Shown here piece after piece: positions 41,662 to 50,187 of a DNA stretch of 64,000 nucleotides. The notes below the pieces were generated by a model, which was given only the letters and a program-made list of their open reading frames with translations, made no database searches and was not told where the DNA came from. The position numbers were made by a program, and so were the translations under genes. The number at the start of each line of letters is the position of its first letter. The first letter of the stretch is position 1. Origin of the DNA: an uncultured Gammaproteobacteria bacterium (GTDB lineage: Bacteria; Patescibacteriota; Patescibacteriia; UBA10025; JAHIVO01); the NCBI GenBank assembly GCA_964628855.1, contig CAZVMV010000001.1:77145-141144 (forward strand), in the 5' to 3' direction.

Positions 41662-42294
41662 TTACAACACTTGCCAATTATAAAGTCGATCTTCCACGAT
41701 TATATGTTTAGATGAATTGGAGGTGGGCCAACGCACCTCAGCGATAATTCTGATGCCAACCTTATTCGGGTAATCAACAACCGAGGATCCTGCTTGTCCG
41801 CAGTCAGTCTGTTCCGTTTGGCTGGCAATCAGCTCTTCTCCCGTATCTTTTTGGCAAATCGGGTTCAGATAAACCATTCGGAAAAACTGGGTACTAGTCC
41901 CAGCCACTGCCGAACCCTGGACGTACTCATTATCGGATTGCTTGACCAGAGTGTACTGGTTATCAGTGAACAGGCTAGGCGAAGGGTCAAAATATAACGG
42001 CGTCACTTCGCTTGTCGGCCATACCTGCGGGGAAAAAGTCACGTCCGTGCCGTTTGACAATCCGCTATCCCAATAAAGCGTGGCCGTGGAGGACCAATTA
42101 CTGTCTCGGATATTGCGCGCGATTTCAACCGCCTCACGTGCCAGACTGGCGCCGATCAGCTTGTTGGTGCTTTCCCGTCCCGCCCTGATGCTTGCCACAA
42201 TCAGGGCAATGGTCGTTATAACAGTTATGGCCAAAATACTGAAAGCGATCAGCAGCTCAAGCAAAGTTTGTCCTTTGTTGTTTGATAGTCTCAT
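41662..42294 (-). CDS. PilV/GspI-like minor pilin
   Basis: KG|QTLLELL; LAREAVEIARNIRD. Confidence 0.85.
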   Translation of the reverse strand: MRLSNNKGQTLLELLIAFSILAITVITTIALIVASIRAGRESTNKLIGASLAREAVEIARNIRDSNWSSTATLYWDSGLSNGTDVTFSPQVWPTSEVTPLYFDPSPSLFTDNQYTLVKQSDNEYVQGSAVAGTSTQFFRMVYLNPICQKDTGEELIASQTEQTDCGQAGSSVVDYPNKVGIRIIAEVRWPTSNSSKHIIVEDRLYNWQVL

Positions 42295-42295
42295 A

Positions 42296-42985
42296 TTATA
42301 TTCCACAACTCCCCTGATTTTCAGAAACTTGTCCGGAAATCAGGTTAACGGATACCCGCCGGCAAAAGTCTGAAATATGGGAGTTGCGTAAAACTATTTC
42401 AACATTAGTAATGGTAGTATCGATTGCACCGTCTAAATAAATTTTTGCCACGCCCTCGGGTGGGCTGAAGGTAATAGACAGGGGCGTATCAACCTGGTCA
42501 TGGACTGGTGTTATGGATGGACTGACACGATATCCGATTATGCTGACATTCTTTGATTGATTATCCTGATTAATCACCCCATAATCGACGCCGGCATTCG
42601 GCACGCCATCGGGTTGTGTATCCCCAAACATCTGATAAGCGTACCTGTCACCGATGTAGATGCCATATCCGTTGGTAGGTGTGGTATTTTTGCACGCTTT
42701 GAGGTCTGCCGTACTGCCGCAATCAGAATACAGACGGCAGGACATATAAACATTCGCGGATGAATAAACCGGCTGACAATAACTGTAACTGTTGCCAGCG
42801 ATTGTATAGCTCTGGGCGAGTCGGATGTCCTGAAGTAATTTGGTGGACACCCCCCTTAATTCTGTTGAATGACGCCCTGACTGGAAATTTACCAGCACTA
42901 AAGTGGTCATGACCCCGATTATGGCAATCACAACCAGAAGCTCTGCGATCGTGAAACCTTTTTGAAATTTATGGACGCTCCTCAT
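42296..42985 (-). CDS. FimU/GspH-like minor pilin
   Basis: KG|FTIAELLVV; DIRLAQS; YGI; ITF.PP.G; VN..SGQV. Confidence 0.85.
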   Translation of the reverse strand: MRSVHKFQKGFTIAELLVVIAIIGVMTTLVLVNFQSGRHSTELRGVSTKLLQDIRLAQSYTIAGNSYSYCQPVYSSANVYMSCRLYSDCGSTADLKACKNTTPTNGYGIYIGDRYAYQMFGDTQPDGVPNAGVDYGVINQDNQSKNVSIIGYRVSPSITPVHDQVDTPLSITFSPPEGVAKIYLDGAIDTTITNVEIVLRNSHISDFCRRVSVNLISGQVSENQGSCGI

Positions 42986-43734
42986 AGCGAAAAAAGATCA
43001 CGATAATAATCCACCACTGCCGGCCCGATGAAAAACGCGGCATAGGTCGCCAGGGTAAGAAATGTCCCAAATGGTACCTGGCTATGCCATTTTTTTCGGC
43101 GTGTCAGTATCAGACCGACCCCGATTATGGACCCTAGAAAATATGCGGAAACCAAGGCTACAAGCACGTGCGGCCACCCGAGCATCATACCCATCAACAC
43201 ACCTAAACGGATATCGCCTCCACCAATCCATCTTCCCCGCGACACCAGGAATTGTAATAAGAAAAAACCCCCGCCCAAAAGCGCCCCAAAAAAGAGGCTA
43301 ACCACGCTGATCTTCAAAACCAGGGCCGAAAGGATAAAGGCCAATACAATGGCCGGAATGCTTACTTTATCCAGGATCAAATAATATTTCAGGTCAAAAA
43401 CGAATATCAGCATCAGCAGGCAGGCATAAACTAGGTAGACAAAAAATGCCGACGTCAAACCGAACTGCCAATATAATAGAATAAACGAGACTGACATCGC
43501 GGCCTCAACCAAAGGGTATTGCCATGAAATCGGCTTTTGGCAATAACGGCAACGGCCTCTCAATAGTAAAAAACTCACCAAAGGAATGAGGTCCATGGCG
43601 ACAAGATTATGCTTGCAATGCGGGCAATACGACCGACCCCTCATAAAAGATACTCCGACGTGAAGTCGGTAAATAACGGCATTCAAAAAACTGCCTACTA
43701 CCAACCCAAGAATTGCCACCAAAAATGTAATCAT
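42982..43734 (-). CDS. pilD: Prepilin peptidase / N-methyltransferase
   Basis: GSFLNAVIYRL, RSYCPHC, GRCRYC, two catalytic Asp (FDL, GGGD), PFGTFL. Confidence 0.96.
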   Translation of the reverse strand: MITFLVAILGLVVGSFLNAVIYRLHVGVSFMRGRSYCPHCKHNLVAMDLIPLVSFLLLRGRCRYCQKPISWQYPLVEAAMSVSFILLYWQFGLTSAFFVYLVYACLLMLIFVFDLKYYLILDKVSIPAIVLAFILSALVLKISVVSLFFGALLGGGFFLLQFLVSRGRWIGGGDIRLGVLMGMMLGWPHVLVALVSAYFLGSIIGVGLILTRRKKWHSQVPFGTFLTLATYAAFFIGPAVVDYYRDLFSL

Positions 43735-43798
43735 ATCGTATTGATTATACCAAAAAATACCGAAAATACAAAATCGGGCGTACTTAATAAATTATGGA

Positions 43799-44221
43799 TT
43801 ATTTTATACCGTCCTGCGACAGTACATGCCTGCCAGCGGCAAAATTATCATATGATTTCTCCAGTGTAAAAGTGATCGCGTAACTCTCCGCACCCGGTAC
43901 GCCAGTTACCTGATACTGATATTTCCCCGGATCTTTCATCTGGCCGATTGTCGGTATATATTGCCCCAGATTGCACTGGCTGACAGCCATACCAGTCCTA
44001 TCGCATCCTGACTGGGCCGCCATAGCATAACTGGACGTTTCAGCAAATGTAAGTTCAAAGGCAGCCTGAATTCTGGCCATATCTGCCATCCGCTTCGCAT
44101 CGCGCGATTTGGCCTTTTCCTCATTCAATAGCAGGAAACTAACCCCAATGACCAATCCAAATACGATGATGATAATTATGACCGAAACTGCTGAGATCCC
44201 TCGTTGGTTTGTAATTTTCAT
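43799..44221 (-). CDS. Pilin-like protein lacking Glu5
   Basis: RG|ISAVSVIIIII; KSRDAKRMADM helix shared with the other pilins; KDP. Confidence 0.8.
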   Translation of the reverse strand: MKITNQRGISAVSVIIIIIVFGLVIGVSFLLLNEEKAKSRDAKRMADMARIQAAFELTFAETSSYAMAAQSGCDRTGMAVSQCNLGQYIPTIGQMKDPGKYQYQVTGVPGAESYAITFTLEKSYDNFAAGRHVLSQDGIK

Positions 44222-44239
44222 ACGAATAATTATATACGG

Positions 44240-44731
44240 TTATGGTAATGGCGTACAGGCGTTAGCTTCGCTGAAGACACCGCTAGAATAAAAGACCCTC
44301 CAGGTATAGTTAACGCTCTCTTTCAAAAGGCATATTTTATAATTCCTGTTACCATTTACTTCATTGGTATCGTACTGATAATAATAGTTCGGCCCGTTCA
44401 TCGGGTCTACAAATACTTGGGAGGTATATTTGGGAACGAGCGGGTTGGCCACCCCTGAAAAAATTGAACCATCGGGCGGATTATTACTCGTATCGGCCGT
44501 GGTGCCGCCTCCAGAAATTGTCGGCGGATAGCTGTCGTAGTCGTCGAAATACAGGAACAGCGCTAACCGTAATTGCGATAAATCTGAAATGCGCCTAGCG
44601 TCACGGGCGGATTCTCTGGCATCCTGGATAGCCGCCATGCCCATGACTGACAATAACCCGATTATGGCTATTACGATTATCAGCTCAATTATCGAAAAAC
44701 CTCCCAATTTTTCATCCTGCCCAATTCGCAT
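44240..44731 (-). CDS. Type IV pilin (GspG-like)
   Basis: GG|FSIIELIIVIAIIG; ARDARRISDL; VDP..YYQY. Confidence 0.88.
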   Translation of the reverse strand: MRIGQDEKLGGFSIIELIIVIAIIGLLSVMGMAAIQDARESARDARRISDLSQLRLALFLYFDDYDSYPPTISGGGTTADTSNNPPDGSIFSGVANPLVPKYTSQVFVDPMNGPNYYYQYDTNEVNGNRNYKICLLKESVNYTWRVFYSSGVFSEANACTPLP

Positions 44732-44773
44732 AATTTATCTGTAATAAAGAGGTTATACCTACATTATACTCGG

Positions 44774-46741
44774 CTATGGAAGTTCCTTCAATTTCTGTTC
44801 TGCCAGCGAGAAGCCAGGCCTCAGCCTGACCGCTTCTTGAAAATGGCTTCGCGCATTGTTATTGTCGCCAACTGCCTCAAAATTTTGCCCTAATAATAAA
44901 TGGAGAAAAGCAAGCTGGGTCGGCAAATTCGGGTTACTTGTCTGTTCCAAACTTCCATATTTATCCAAAATCGTGATGATGGTTTTTTGGGAATTATCAT
45001 AGTCCTTCCTGTTGAAATAAACCAAAGCAGCCGAATAATAAAAATCCGGACGGAAAACAGGATTGTAATAAATCGCTTGTTCGTATTCCTGCAACGCCTC
45101 CGACTCCTCGCGATCAGCATAATGCAGCTGGCCCAGATAGAAATGTCCGGAGTAATATTCGGGGTTTCGTTTTAATGCCGTTTTCAGATTTTCCTTGAGC
45201 TTTGATTGCTGATCTTTCGACAATACTTGATACCCGATTCCGAGGGCACTAACTTCATTGATCAGATAGCTAGGATCAGGATCAAATCGCCCGCCCTGAT
45301 CATAATAATTGTAACTGATTTCGAAGTCCCCAGTGATTGCGGCTTGTTCGCCTTTTTGGAAATTATTCACGCCCAAGAATAATGTGCACCCACGTACTAA
45401 AAACGCGATCGCCACTAATGCTAACATTACTTGGGCAGTTATAATAAGCCCTCGATTAACTTTTGTAATTCCGCCGACAGCGGGCTCAGGTTGTTCTGAA
45501 TTTTTCGCAGACATAGCTCCAATACACATCCAAAACAAAATAAACACGGCGGGGAACTGCCAGCCGAAATCAAAAAGCGAATGTATGGCCGATCCGACCA
45601 CGCTAATCCATACCCCGAAAAAAATTATTTTCTTTTCAGGATCAACTTGAGTCATTGATTTCTTATAAGTACGTGCGACCAGTAGGACAACAAATGCCAT
45701 AAACGCCAACCCGCCAATGATGCCCGTTTCAGCGGCAGTTTGCAGATAGTAATTATGTGTATACCTGGGCTGTTCCAATAAACTGGTTGCGTAACGGGCA
45801 TAAACCAGTTGGAAGGTGTTATAACCAAAACCAATCAGCGGACTCTCCTGAACCATCCGGATGGCAGCCCTGTCAAAATTTAGCCGCTGGTTGAAACTGG
45901 TGATTAAATGCTGCTTATTGATTGTCGAATGTATTTTTACCGCCTCCGACCAGTTTTGGCTCTGGCTGTAACGGAAAACAACAACGACTGCCAGCATAAC
46001 GAAAATCAACAAGGCCCCAATAAATATTTTTTTCCGGGTAAATAATGTTTTACGGAAAAAAATCACCAACATCATGCCTGGGATAATAAAACTGACCCAA
46101 CTGGTATAGGAATATGTCAGTGCGAATGCAGCAATGATAATCCCGAGACAAGCGTAAAAAAAGAAACGTATTTTTTTGCCTGCTTTTTGGGCTGTAAGCA
46201 TGATGCCGATTGGCAGAGAAAACAACAAATAGCTACCCAGCGCATTCGCGTTAAACAGGAAACCCGACCCGCGGTTTTCTGCCTGGAAGGCAAACATCAC
46301 CAGGGAAATCAACGCTGCAATTGCTCCGACAAAAAAAACCACGTTAATAATTAACCTGACCCACCGCCACTCCCGAAAAAATAAAATAGCCCCGAAAAAA
46401 ATAATAACATAGCCAGCCAGCAAAAAAAGCAGGCTGATACTGTCATAATGGTTTGAGGAAAAAAATACCGAAACCGCGACCGCCAATAAAAATACCACCA
46501 AATAGGAAATTGGCGACGAGATAACCGAACGTAGCGAAACCGGGGATACTATAGTCCGCTGCCCGATAAGTATAATCAAATAAAAAGCCAATAGTGACGT
46601 AGAGACAAGGATAGCAGCTTGGAGCCATTTACTCCATTCGCCGCCGAAGAAAGACGGGACAACGATCAGGAAAACAAACAAACCAAAAACAATCTTTTGT
46701 CTGAACGAATTGATATCACGTGAAATTGCATCAAGCATCAT
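44774..46741 (-). CDS. O-antigen ligase (Wzy_C)-family protein with C-terminal TPRs; candidate pilin oligosaccharyltransferase
   Basis: Multi-TM; NANALG, SPLIGFG..TF, HNYYLQ..AETG..G, HSLFDF; TPR-like helices at the C-terminus. Confidence 0.85.
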   Translation of the reverse strand: MMLDAISRDINSFRQKIVFGLFVFLIVVPSFFGGEWSKWLQAAILVSTSLLAFYLIILIGQRTIVSPVSLRSVISSPISYLVVFLLAVAVSVFFSSNHYDSISLLFLLAGYVIIFFGAILFFREWRWVRLIINVVFFVGAIAALISLVMFAFQAENRGSGFLFNANALGSYLLFSLPIGIMLTAQKAGKKIRFFFYACLGIIIAAFALTYSYTSWVSFIIPGMMLVIFFRKTLFTRKKIFIGALLIFVMLAVVVVFRYSQSQNWSEAVKIHSTINKQHLITSFNQRLNFDRAAIRMVQESPLIGFGYNTFQLVYARYATSLLEQPRYTHNYYLQTAAETGIIGGLAFMAFVVLLVARTYKKSMTQVDPEKKIIFFGVWISVVGSAIHSLFDFGWQFPAVFILFWMCIGAMSAKNSEQPEPAVGGITKVNRGLIITAQVMLALVAIAFLVRGCTLFLGVNNFQKGEQAAITGDFEISYNYYDQGGRFDPDPSYLINEVSALGIGYQVLSKDQQSKLKENLKTALKRNPEYYSGHFYLGQLHYADREESEALQEYEQAIYYNPVFRPDFYYSAALVYFNRKDYDNSQKTIITILDKYGSLEQTSNPNLPTQLAFLHLLLGQNFEAVGDNNNARSHFQEAVRLRPGFSLAEQKLKELP

Positions 46742-46788
46742 AACGTAAGTATAACAAAAATTTCGCCATGCTGACAGGCACAGCTTGA

Positions 46789-47769
46789 CTAAAACTTGGC
46801 CAGGCTGAATTTACCTGACCAGTCTCTGATTTGGCGGGGACTGACTCTCCTTTTTGCCTGGATTTGCGTCCGCTGGTATAGGAGTCTAGGCAAAGACAAA
46901 ACCAAGGAAATAATTATTTTTGCATACACCCAGATATTTTCAGTAAATGACAATCGATAATCCGCATCGACTGACTCCCTGCCTTTCACGGCTGGTAACC
47001 AAAAGCGGAGCGGGTAATTCTTAATGGCTGAGAAAATCCTGTTTCGCCCGGAGTGGTACCGCCGGAACATATATGACATTTTTTTAGTGGTCGACGCCAC
47101 TTTATGGTAAACCACGGCACGTGGCTCATACATTATCTTCCACCCGCGTAACCTGGCTCTGATAGACAGGTCCGTATCCTCGATATATGCAAAAAAATGG
47201 CGGTCAAAATAACCACCTGATGTTTTACAATCCTCCAACATTTCACGCCTGTACAGCGCTGCCCCAGCCCTGGCAGAAAAACATTCTTCAGTGTGTTCAA
47301 ATTGCCCAACGTCTTCCTGCCCATATCCGCGGGTTATGACTTTCATGGTACCTGGCTGGAGAAAATCTCCGGCAGAATCAATTTTACTACGTTCATAGAA
47401 AAACTTGATTTTGCTGGAAATGGCACCGATGGACTCGTCCTGCTCAGCCAAACTAACTAATCCTCTGAGCCAATCCTTTTCAACCTCGGTATCGTTATTC
47501 AAGGTAACGAGATACTTGCTGTCCGAATTTTGCATCGCCTCTGTTATGCCGATATTATTCCCTTCGGCAAATCCTGTATTCTTATGCAGACAGATTACTT
47601 TGACTTTAGGAAAGTTTTTTTCGACGAAAGGCACAGAATCATCGCTGGATCCGTTATCGACAAATATAACGCTAAAATCCTCATAAGTCTGCGCAAAGAC
47701 AGAACGCAGGCATACATCCAAATGCTCACGGCCGTTCCAATTGACTATGATAATCGAGACGGTCGACAT
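46789..47769 (-). CDS. Glycosyltransferase family 2
   Basis: IIIVNWNG, VDNGSSD, NTGFAEGNN, LNNDT, EDTDL..R. Confidence 0.93.
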   Translation of the reverse strand: MSTVSIIIVNWNGREHLDVCLRSVFAQTYEDFSVIFVDNGSSDDSVPFVEKNFPKVKVICLHKNTGFAEGNNIGITEAMQNSDSKYLVTLNNDTEVEKDWLRGLVSLAEQDESIGAISSKIKFFYERSKIDSAGDFLQPGTMKVITRGYGQEDVGQFEHTEECFSARAGAALYRREMLEDCKTSGGYFDRHFFAYIEDTDLSIRARLRGWKIMYEPRAVVYHKVASTTKKMSYMFRRYHSGRNRIFSAIKNYPLRFWLPAVKGRESVDADYRLSFTENIWVYAKIIISLVLSLPRLLYQRTQIQAKRRVSPRQIRDWSGKFSLAKF

Positions 47770-47861
47770 GGTATCTTACTGTAAACTATAAGTGCTATTC
47801 AAAACTTAATTGATAATAATTACTACACGACCCTATCATTGTACATAAAACCGAACAAAAC

Positions 47862-47893
47862 AAAAAGCGCCCCCTTAATCGGAGACGCTTTTT
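47862..47893. terminator. Terminator after the major pilin
   Basis: A5-GCGCCCCC-loop-GGAGACGC-T5; the stem is closed by G-U pairs on the minus strand. Confidence 0.75.
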
Positions 47894-47912
47894 GTATGTA
47901 ATATCCTAATTA

Positions 47913-48350
47913 CTAGAAAGTAGTGCAACCAGCAACGCTGGTCACCTTATCGCCTGACGCACCGTCACCTGCTACATAGAAGTAGTTTGTCGGAGTTGTA
48001 GGCGATTCAAGTGTCGCGTAAAGTACGTAGGTAGAGACATTACGTGTCGCACTCGTGCATTGCTCATAAACATAATGCCTTGTAGTAATCGGGTCGTCTG
48101 GCAATTTGGAAATATAATTCGGGACTAGCGGAGTATTGAGTGCAGTGTAGGCTACGTTTGGATAACCACCGTTATTGTCATCCGCATACAGTGTCAAGGC
48201 AGTCTTGACCTGAGAAATATCTGATTTGCGGGTCGCGTCGCGGGCCTTTTCACGGGCACCGTTTAAAGCGACTAACCCGATGGTTGCCAAAATACCGATG
48301 ATGGCGATAACCACCAATAACTCAATTAAAGTGAAACCTTTTTTATTCAT
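47913..48350 (-). CDS. Probable major type IV pilin
   Basis: MNKKG|[17 protein letters not shown]. Strong GGGGGTG SD, own promoter and terminator, and a C-terminal Cys pair. Confidence 0.9.
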   Translation of the reverse strand: MNKKGFTLIELLVVIAIIGILATIGLVALNGAREKARDATRKSDISQVKTALTLYADDNNGGYPNVAYTALNTPLVPNYISKLPDDPITTRHYVYEQCTSATRNVSTYVLYATLESPTTPTNYFYVAGDGASGDKVTSVAGCTTF

Positions 48351-48522
48351 TTCTTCACCCCCTTTCGATGGTCCGCAAACTGCTGACATCCCATGCTTAC
48401 CATGGCGTTCACAGATCACGGATCCGTTTGACCCGTGCTTGGTCATGGTGGCAAGGAACTGCCGGAAGATGGCGGAGGATTTATTTGCTAAGAAAGAGCA
48501 AAAGTCCAATAATACTGACTTA

Positions 48523-48551
48523 ATAATAGCACATTTTCAGCAACTTGTCAA
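48523..48551 (-). promoter_or_regulatory. Promoter of the major pilin
   Basis: TTGACA-17 nt-TATTAT with TG extension, about 170 nt upstream of the ATG. Confidence 0.7.
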
Positions 48552-48553
48552 AG

Positions 48554-49762
48554 CTAGATGGCATTCGACATATTGTAAATCGGCATGATTATGGCGGCTA
48601 CCAGGAACCCTACCGCTACGCCCATAATGACCATGATAATGGGCTCTATCAGGGTGGTTAAGTTGGCCAGAGAATTCTCCAACTCACGGGTATAAAAATC
48701 AGCTACCTTCAACAATATCTTGTCCAATTGGCCCGACTGTTCACCGACACTCATCATTTGGGACAACATGATAGGGACGTCCTTGCTTTTCACGAATACG
48801 CTGGTTATTGAAGCACCAGCTTCGACCTGCTTGATCGTCTCTTGGATGAGTGTGCGATAAATCGTATTGCCCACCACGTCGGAGGTTATGTCCAATGACT
48901 GCGTCAGGGTAACACCGGAAGCCAGAAGCGTTGATAATGAACGTGAAAACCTCGCGATATACAACCGACTGAATATCGGACTGAGAATCGGTAATTTCAA
49001 TTTTAACAGGTCTATCCGTTTTCTGCCTTCTTCGGTCTTCGATATATATCGATAGGCAATGAATAGGCCAATGACCAGAATAAACAAAACCCACCAATAC
49101 GAGGTCAAAAAACCGCTGAGCCCCATCAAAATCCTGGTCGGGAGGGGTAATTGTGTGGCTGATGACTCAAAAATAGAGGTGATTTGCGGCAGCACGAAAA
49201 CCATCATCATCACTGCAACCCCGCCCAAAGCAACCAGAATAAAGGCGGGGTAAATCATGGCGCCGCGGGCCTTGGCCATCATATCATAATCTTTTTCATT
49301 TTGATCAGCCAGATAAACCAAAATCTCATCCAGGCGGCCGGTGGTTTCTGCCGACCTAACCATCTGGATGAAAAAGTTTGAAAATACTTTTGGATAACGC
49401 GCCAGTGATTGCGAGAGTTTGGCGCCACCGTCGACCTCATCGGCAATATCTGAGATGATAGACTTGAATTTGTTATTCTCCGTCTGCCTGACCAGCACCT
49501 TCAGGGCGCGTACGATCGGCACGTTTGACGAGATCATCACGGAAAGCTGGCGTGAAAACATGACAACTTCTTTCGGCTTCACCGGTTTCCCAAATGTCAT
49601 ACCGCCGCTCAAGAACTTCATCTTTTTCTGCTCTTTCAGGTCTACGATAAAAAGATTTTTGTCGCGCAAAATACCATAGGCCACATTCTCTGTTGGGGCC
49701 ACGACGACACCGCTCACCAGCTCGCCCAATTGACTCCGCGCTTTGTATGCGTAATCGGCCAT
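48554..49762 (-). CDS. pilC: Type IV pilus platform protein PilC (T2SSF)
   Basis: FSRQLS.MI, AETTGRLD, AMIYP, GEQSGQL, IEPIIM. Confidence 0.96.
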   Translation of the reverse strand: MADYAYKARSQLGELVSGVVVAPTENVAYGILRDKNLFIVDLKEQKKMKFLSGGMTFGKPVKPKEVVMFSRQLSVMISSNVPIVRALKVLVRQTENNKFKSIISDIADEVDGGAKLSQSLARYPKVFSNFFIQMVRSAETTGRLDEILVYLADQNEKDYDMMAKARGAMIYPAFILVALGGVAVMMMVFVLPQITSIFESSATQLPLPTRILMGLSGFLTSYWWVLFILVIGLFIAYRYISKTEEGRKRIDLLKLKLPILSPIFSRLYIARFSRSLSTLLASGVTLTQSLDITSDVVGNTIYRTLIQETIKQVEAGASITSVFVKSKDVPIMLSQMMSVGEQSGQLDKILLKVADFYTRELENSLANLTTLIEPIIMVIMGVAVGFLVAAIIMPIYNMSNAI

Positions 49763-49775
49763 GGTTTATTTAAAT

Positions 49776-50162
49776 TTATTTCACGTATTTTTTAATCTTC
49801 TCCACCACCTCTGAAGGCATGAAGTGTGCCTTGATGAGGTAGTCAGACGCGCCTAAATCAAGGCCTTTCTGGACATCGTCTCGCTGACCAAGGTTAGTCA
49901 GTAAAATTACCGGGATGTTCTTCGTCGAAGGATCCTCTTTCAGACTCTTTAATACGTCAAACCCGCTCATCTTTGGGAGCACAATGTCCAGCAAGATGAT
50001 TGACGGCAACTCGGCCTGGGCCATCTTGAGGCCTTTTTCCCCATCCGGTGCCAGATGGACTTCGAAATTTTCCAGGTTAAGCTTGGCCACGTACATGCCG
50101 GCCAAAAAAGCGTCATCTTCGACTAAAACGATTTTTATTTTGGATCCCTTGGTGTTAGCCAT
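49776..50162 (-). CDS. Stand-alone receiver protein in the pilus operon
   Basis: VEDD, LLDIVLPKMSG, LTN, YLIK. Confidence 0.93.
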   Translation of the reverse strand: MANTKGSKIKIVLVEDDAFLAGMYVAKLNLENFEVHLAPDGEKGLKMAQAELPSIILLDIVLPKMSGFDVLKSLKEDPSTKNIPVILLTNLGQRDDVQKGLDLGASDYLIKAHFMPSEVVEKIKKYVK

Positions 50163-50187
50163 ATGGTTATTTCTAATGTATTAGAAT

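Noticed and set aside
48351-48509. 53 aa N-terminal extension of the pilin in the ORF track, or a c-di-GMP riboswitch
   Set aside because: The strong SD at ATG 48350 gives a normal short leader peptide. The c-di-GMP-I/II consensus was not recognisable, so the region is kept only as an unknown structured leader.
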